Assembly: GCA_046546105.1 (NCBI GenBank)
Contig: JBKGYN010000004.1
Coordinates: forward strand, 1-61,883
DNA length: 61,883 bases
Source: Candidatus Woesearchaeota archaeon
GTDB lineage: Archaea; Nanobdellota; Nanobdellia; Woesearchaeales; SKGA01
Direction of reading: 5' to 3'
A program made the translations under genes and the position numbers. Within the stretch, counting starts at the first letter, position 1; each line of letters starts with the position of its first letter. Below are positions 57,957 through 61,883 of the stretch, piece after piece. The notes below the pieces were generated by a model, which saw only the letters and a program-made list of their open reading frames with translations, was not told the DNA's origin and did not search any database.

Positions 57957-58340
57957 ATGGCACTCAAGAAATACATGAAAAAGCACAAGAAAGGATTCAG
58001 CATCGCAGCAGTCGCTTCAGGTGTAATAGCTGGCGCGGCAGCAGCGCTCTTCATCAAGAAACAATACGACCAGCATCTTGAAAATACAAAAACGACAGCA
58101 GTAAAGTCAAAAAGTGCTGGAAAACAAGCGAAAAAACAAATCAAAACGATTTCTGACACAAAAAAGACTTCATCACCGACGAAACGCAAGACTTCACCGG
58201 GAAAGACATCAAAAAAAACAGCGAAGAAAGCGGCAAAGAAGGCAAACACGAAGAAAGCGACGAGAAAGGCTGCGAAAAAGCCGAAGACGAAAAAGACGAC
58301 TTCTGCAAAGAAAAGCGCGAGCCGAAAACGCAAGCGATAA
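57957..58340 (+). CDS. Histone-H1-like basic protein with N-terminal hydrophobic helix
   Basis: FSIAAVASGVIAGAAAALFI followed by KKTAKKAAKK-type repeats. Confidence 0.7.
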   Translation: MALKKYMKKHKKGFSIAAVASGVIAGAAAALFIKKQYDQHLENTKTTAVKSKSAGKQAKKQIKTISDTKKTSSPTKRKTSPGKTSKKTAKKAAKKANTKKATRKAAKKPKTKKTTSAKKSASRKRKR

Positions 58341-58400
58341 CGATTTTTAAATGCCTTCGCGATACTTTTATAATGGATGAGCAGTTATAGCTTTTCTATC

Positions 58401-59729
58401 ATGGCATCACTCTCAGACATTCCGGATAACTCAAGAGTACACATCACGACACGACACACAAGTTACGAGGGGATACTCCTCCCATCAGAAAGCGACTTCG
58501 TCGTTCTCAAGCTCGATTCAGGATACAATATAGGCATCGATCCGAAACACATCACTCAAGCGAAGCTCGTAGAGAAACAACCAGCATCGGATATGCCGGA
58601 AGCGACCTCGAAAGAACAGGATGAGTCCCTGCCAGAACTATCGATACTGCACACAGGCGGAACGATCGCCTCGAAAGTCGATTACGAGACAGGAGGTGTC
58701 ATAGCGCGATTCAGCCCTGAAGAAATCCTCGAACTCTTCCCTGAACTGGCAGATATCGCCCGGATCGACAGCAAGCTTCTCGGAAACATGCATTCGGATG
58801 ACTTCAACTTCTCACACTTCAACACGATAGCATCAGAAATACACAGACAGGCAAAGGAAGGACAGAAACGATTCATCGTCACATCAGGAACGGATTTTCT
58901 CCATTACTTGAGTGCGGCACTCTCGTTCATGCTCAAGGATCTGCCGGTGGGAGTGCTCGTCGTAGGATCACAACGATCGAGCGACAGGGGATCGAGTGAC
59001 GCAGCCATGAACCTCATCTGCGCAGCGCAATTCCTCGCAACGGCAGAATTCCACGGCGTCGGCGTGTGCATGCACGAATCAACAGAAGATAACAACTGCC
59101 TCATACTACCGGGAACGAACACCCGAAAGATGCACAGCTCCAGACGGGACGCGTTCAAACCCATCAACACGACAGCATACGCCAGGGTCGATTATGATAA
59201 CAAGACGGTCAAGCTCCTGAGAGAACTACCTGAAAAACGATCATCAAGCATGCCAGGAAAAATAGAATTCATCGGTAAACCCGGAAATGAGGACAAGCTC
59301 AAAATAGGAATGATACATTCACGACCGCACATGCACGCTGAAGAATTCGATATCTACAACGACTATGATGCATTAGTGCTCGTCGGCTCCGGACTCGGCC
59401 ACTTTCCAGTCTCGAAAACAGAAGGGACAGGGCCTGACAACACGAAAATCTATGAGAAGATCAAAGAACTCGCGAAAAAGATACCGGTCGTGATGAGTAC
59501 GCAAACAATCTACGGGCGAGTACATCTTAATGTCTACAGTCCGGCGAGAAAAATAAAGGAAGCTGGAGTGAAAGGACATCTCTCAACGATGACGCCTGAA
59601 ACAGCTTACATCAAGATCGCATGGCTGGCAAGCAACAAGACCAAAGAGCAAGCAGAGGAACTCTTCATGACAAAAATGATCGGAGAACTTGACAGCATAC
59701 CTGAAGAGGCATTTCTCAACACACGATAA
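58401..59729 (+). CDS. gatD: Glu-tRNA(Gln) amidotransferase subunit D
   Basis: KLDSGYNIG, HTGGTIASKVDY, GSQRSSDRGSSD, RKMHSSRRDAF; start moved to ATG 58401. Confidence 0.96.
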   Translation: MASLSDIPDNSRVHITTRHTSYEGILLPSESDFVVLKLDSGYNIGIDPKHITQAKLVEKQPASDMPEATSKEQDESLPELSILHTGGTIASKVDYETGGVIARFSPEEILELFPELADIARIDSKLLGNMHSDDFNFSHFNTIASEIHRQAKEGQKRFIVTSGTDFLHYLSAALSFMLKDLPVGVLVVGSQRSSDRGSSDAAMNLICAAQFLATAEFHGVGVCMHESTEDNNCLILPGTNTRKMHSSRRDAFKPINTTAYARVDYDNKTVKLLRELPEKRSSSMPGKIEFIGKPGNEDKLKIGMIHSRPHMHAEEFDIYNDYDALVLVGSGLGHFPVSKTEGTGPDNTKIYEKIKELAKKIPVVMSTQTIYGRVHLNVYSPARKIKEAGVKGHLSTMTPETAYIKIAWLASNKTKEQAEELFMTKMIGELDSIPEEAFLNTR

Positions 59730-59750
59730 TCAACTACAGAGTGATATTAA

Positions 59751-61604
59751 ATGACAGCAAAGACACCGCAACTCAAGACGACAATCACTGAAGATGATAT
59801 CAAAGAACTCAAATTCACCTGCGGACTCGAAATCCATCAACAGCTCGAAGGACGGAAACTATTCTGCCACTGCCCGACAACAATCAGGGATGATCAGCCT
59901 GATTTTGAAGTGAAACGACTTTTGCGAGCAAGTGCCGGAGAATCAGGGCGAGTGGACAAGGCGGCAGCTGCAGAGACGAGGAAGAAGAAGCACTATATCT
60001 ATCAAGGGTACAATGATACGACATGCCTTGTCGAACTTGATGAAGAGCCGCCGCACGAAGTGAGCGAGAAAGCGCTTGGCTCAGCACTCTCACTCTCCAA
60101 ACTTTTTTCCATGAACATAGCGGATCAGGTCCGCTTCATGAGAAAAACTGTTGTTGACGGATCGAACACGTCAGGATTCCAACGAACAGCAATGGTTTCA
60201 GCGAACGGAAAACTCAAGACAGCCAATGATAACGAGATCGGTGTGGAAACGATCTGTCTGGAAGAGGATTCAGCGAAAGCAATCACGGCAACAGAAGAGT
60301 CAAAAACATACAACCTCTCACGACTCGGAATACCGCTTATAGAAATCGCAACAGCACCTGACATCCACCACCCTGACATTGTCAAAGAAGTGGCAGAACA
60401 CATAGGAATGGCATTGCGAAGCCTCGATACTGTCAAACGAGGACTCGGAACGATCAGACAAGACGTCAATATCTCCATCGAGAAAGGAGTGCGAGTCGAG
60501 ATCAAGGGAGCACAGGATCTCAAGATGCTACCGACATTGGCACGAAATGAGATGCTACGGCAACACAACATGCTCCTGATCTTCAAGGAACTGGAAAACA
60601 GGAAGGCGAACGCCAATAATCCGATCATTGACATCACCGACACGGTCAAGAATTCATCCTCAAAAGTCGTACAGAGCGCTCTCAAGAAGGAAAACGGTGC
60701 AATACTGGCCGTGAAACTTGAAGGATATAAGGGAGTCACGGGACTTGAAGTCCAATCAGGACGACGATACGGTTCAGAACTCTCAGATCATGCTAAAGTC
60801 ATGGGTGTGAAAGGACTATTCCATGCAGACGAGTTGCCGAACTACGGCATCACAGAAGACGAAAAACAAGCGATTTTCAAGGCGCTTGATGCAAATCCGG
60901 AAACGGACAACTTCCTGCTCATCGCAGCAGAGAAAAAAACCGCGAGACGAGCGATGGAAGCAGCCAAAGAAGCTGCCAAGACACTAAAACTCGAAAGATG
61001 CGTGAGACAAGCACGACCTGACGGGACAACACAATACTTGAGGCCAATGCCAGGAGCAGCGCGGATGTATCCGGAAACAGATGTAGAGCCGATCATGATC
61101 GATAAAGATACAATCGAAGTACCTGAATTGCTCTCGGAAAAAGTGAAGCGCCTACAGGATAAGTTCAATCTCTCTGAAGAGATGACGAAGCGACTTCTTA
61201 AGGATGGCATTGACATCGAGAGACTCACAGAAACCTATCCGAACGTGAAACCGTCTATTATCATCGATCTCTACTATTCACTGCCGGCACAGCTCAAGAA
61301 GAAAGAAGGGCTCGATATCGACATGAGCCAGCATGACAAGGATATCCTCACGAGACTCAATGATAATCTCATCGCGAAAGAATCACTACCGGAAATACTC
61401 AAGCTGCTTGCCAAAGGAAAAAAAGTTGATTATACCGAATTCAAGCCGATGACACTCAAAGACATCAAAGATGATGTGAAAAGAATTGTCGAGGAGATGG
61501 ACGGTGCTCCGACGGGAGCGATCATCGGAAAGATCATGGGCAAATACAAAGGGAAAGTCGATGGTAAAGAACTAAGCGAGTACGTCAAGAGCCTGCTTGA
61601 CTGA
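59751..61604 (+). CDS. gatE: Glu-tRNA(Gln) amidotransferase subunit E
   Basis: GLEIHQQL, RKTVVDGSNTSGFQRT, RPMPGAARMYPETD. Confidence 0.97.
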   Translation: MTAKTPQLKTTITEDDIKELKFTCGLEIHQQLEGRKLFCHCPTTIRDDQPDFEVKRLLRASAGESGRVDKAAAAETRKKKHYIYQGYNDTTCLVELDEEPPHEVSEKALGSALSLSKLFSMNIADQVRFMRKTVVDGSNTSGFQRTAMVSANGKLKTANDNEIGVETICLEEDSAKAITATEESKTYNLSRLGIPLIEIATAPDIHHPDIVKEVAEHIGMALRSLDTVKRGLGTIRQDVNISIEKGVRVEIKGAQDLKMLPTLARNEMLRQHNMLLIFKELENRKANANNPIIDITDTVKNSSSKVVQSALKKENGAILAVKLEGYKGVTGLEVQSGRRYGSELSDHAKVMGVKGLFHADELPNYGITEDEKQAIFKALDANPETDNFLLIAAEKKTARRAMEAAKEAAKTLKLERCVRQARPDGTTQYLRPMPGAARMYPETDVEPIMIDKDTIEVPELLSEKVKRLQDKFNLSEEMTKRLLKDGIDIERLTETYPNVKPSIIIDLYYSLPAQLKKKEGLDIDMSQHDKDILTRLNDNLIAKESLPEILKLLAKGKKVDYTEFKPMTLKDIKDDVKRIVEEMDGAPTGAIIGKIMGKYKGKVDGKELSEYVKSLLD

Positions 61605-61658
61605 AACACTTACCAATAAGCTTTTTAAAACATGTTGGTTTCTCCTACTTCCATTTAT

Positions 61659-61883
61659 GGACCCGTGGCCTAATCTGGATAGGGCAGCAGCCTCCTAAAT
61701 CAGTGGTCAGAATTCGGCTTTACAGCTGTACGGCAGGTGACTGTGTTCAGCTCGGCCGAGCCCTGCTCCCCTGTATTGGCGAGAGCTGAAGCTTGGGGGT
61801 TCGAAACCAACTGGTTACGCTCAGTTGACACGCATTGTGCGTTTCCCGTGAAAAAACGGTCAACAGCACGAAAAAATGTCTGC
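61659..61883 (+). tRNA. tRNA-Arg(CCU) 5' exon (61659-61697) followed by a long intron or trailer running off the window
   Basis: TATA at about 61623; GGACCCG acceptor 5' strand, D-arm, GCAGC-CT-CCT-A; the complementary CGGGTCC is absent from the remaining 186 nt. Confidence 0.8.

Noticed and set aside
57827-58333. Phe/Ala-rich minus-strand ORF
   Set aside because: It is the antisense shadow of the H1-like gene 57957-58340.
61783-61815. GGGGGTTCGAAACC as the T-arm of the tRNA-Arg 3' exon
   Set aside because: The T-stem cannot close, the anticodon-stem partner is mismatched (GCTGA), and CGGGTCC does not follow.

Overview
Archaeal DNA, most consistent with a DPANN lineage (Woesearchaeota-like). 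The basis is archaeal r-proteins, RNAP subunits, GatDE, CDC48, KEOPS Bud32, TATA boxes and intron-containing tRNAs, alongside bacterial-type GAPDH, PGK and LeuRS. Contents: fermentative sugar genes (SemiSWEET, GH32, PfkB, gap, pgk, ppsA, D-LDH); SRP RNA; leuS; tRNA-His; the S13-S4-S11-RpoD-tRNA-Leu-L18e-L13-S9-RpoN cluster; an archaellum locus; a dhs-decarboxylase-agmatinase operon; gatDE; and a tRNA-Arg whose 3' exon lies outside the window. No CRISPR array, transposase or integrase was seen. The most unusual signals are non-coding: (1) a tandem array of tRNA-His-derived minihelix-like modules downstream of tRNA-His; (2) an SRP RNA with a UGAC tetraloop and an inserted hairpin in helix 8; (3) a D-loop (15/16) intron in tRNA-Leu; (4) a long tRNA-Arg intron that can be folded like a degenerate group I core; (5) two unannotated structured RNAs, one with a kissing-loop. 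Protein-level oddities include a pore-less voltage sensor, an ArlC-like protein with a histone-H1-like tail, and a gene broken by an internal inversion. All structures were folded by eye and no searches were run. Product names come from recognised motifs.
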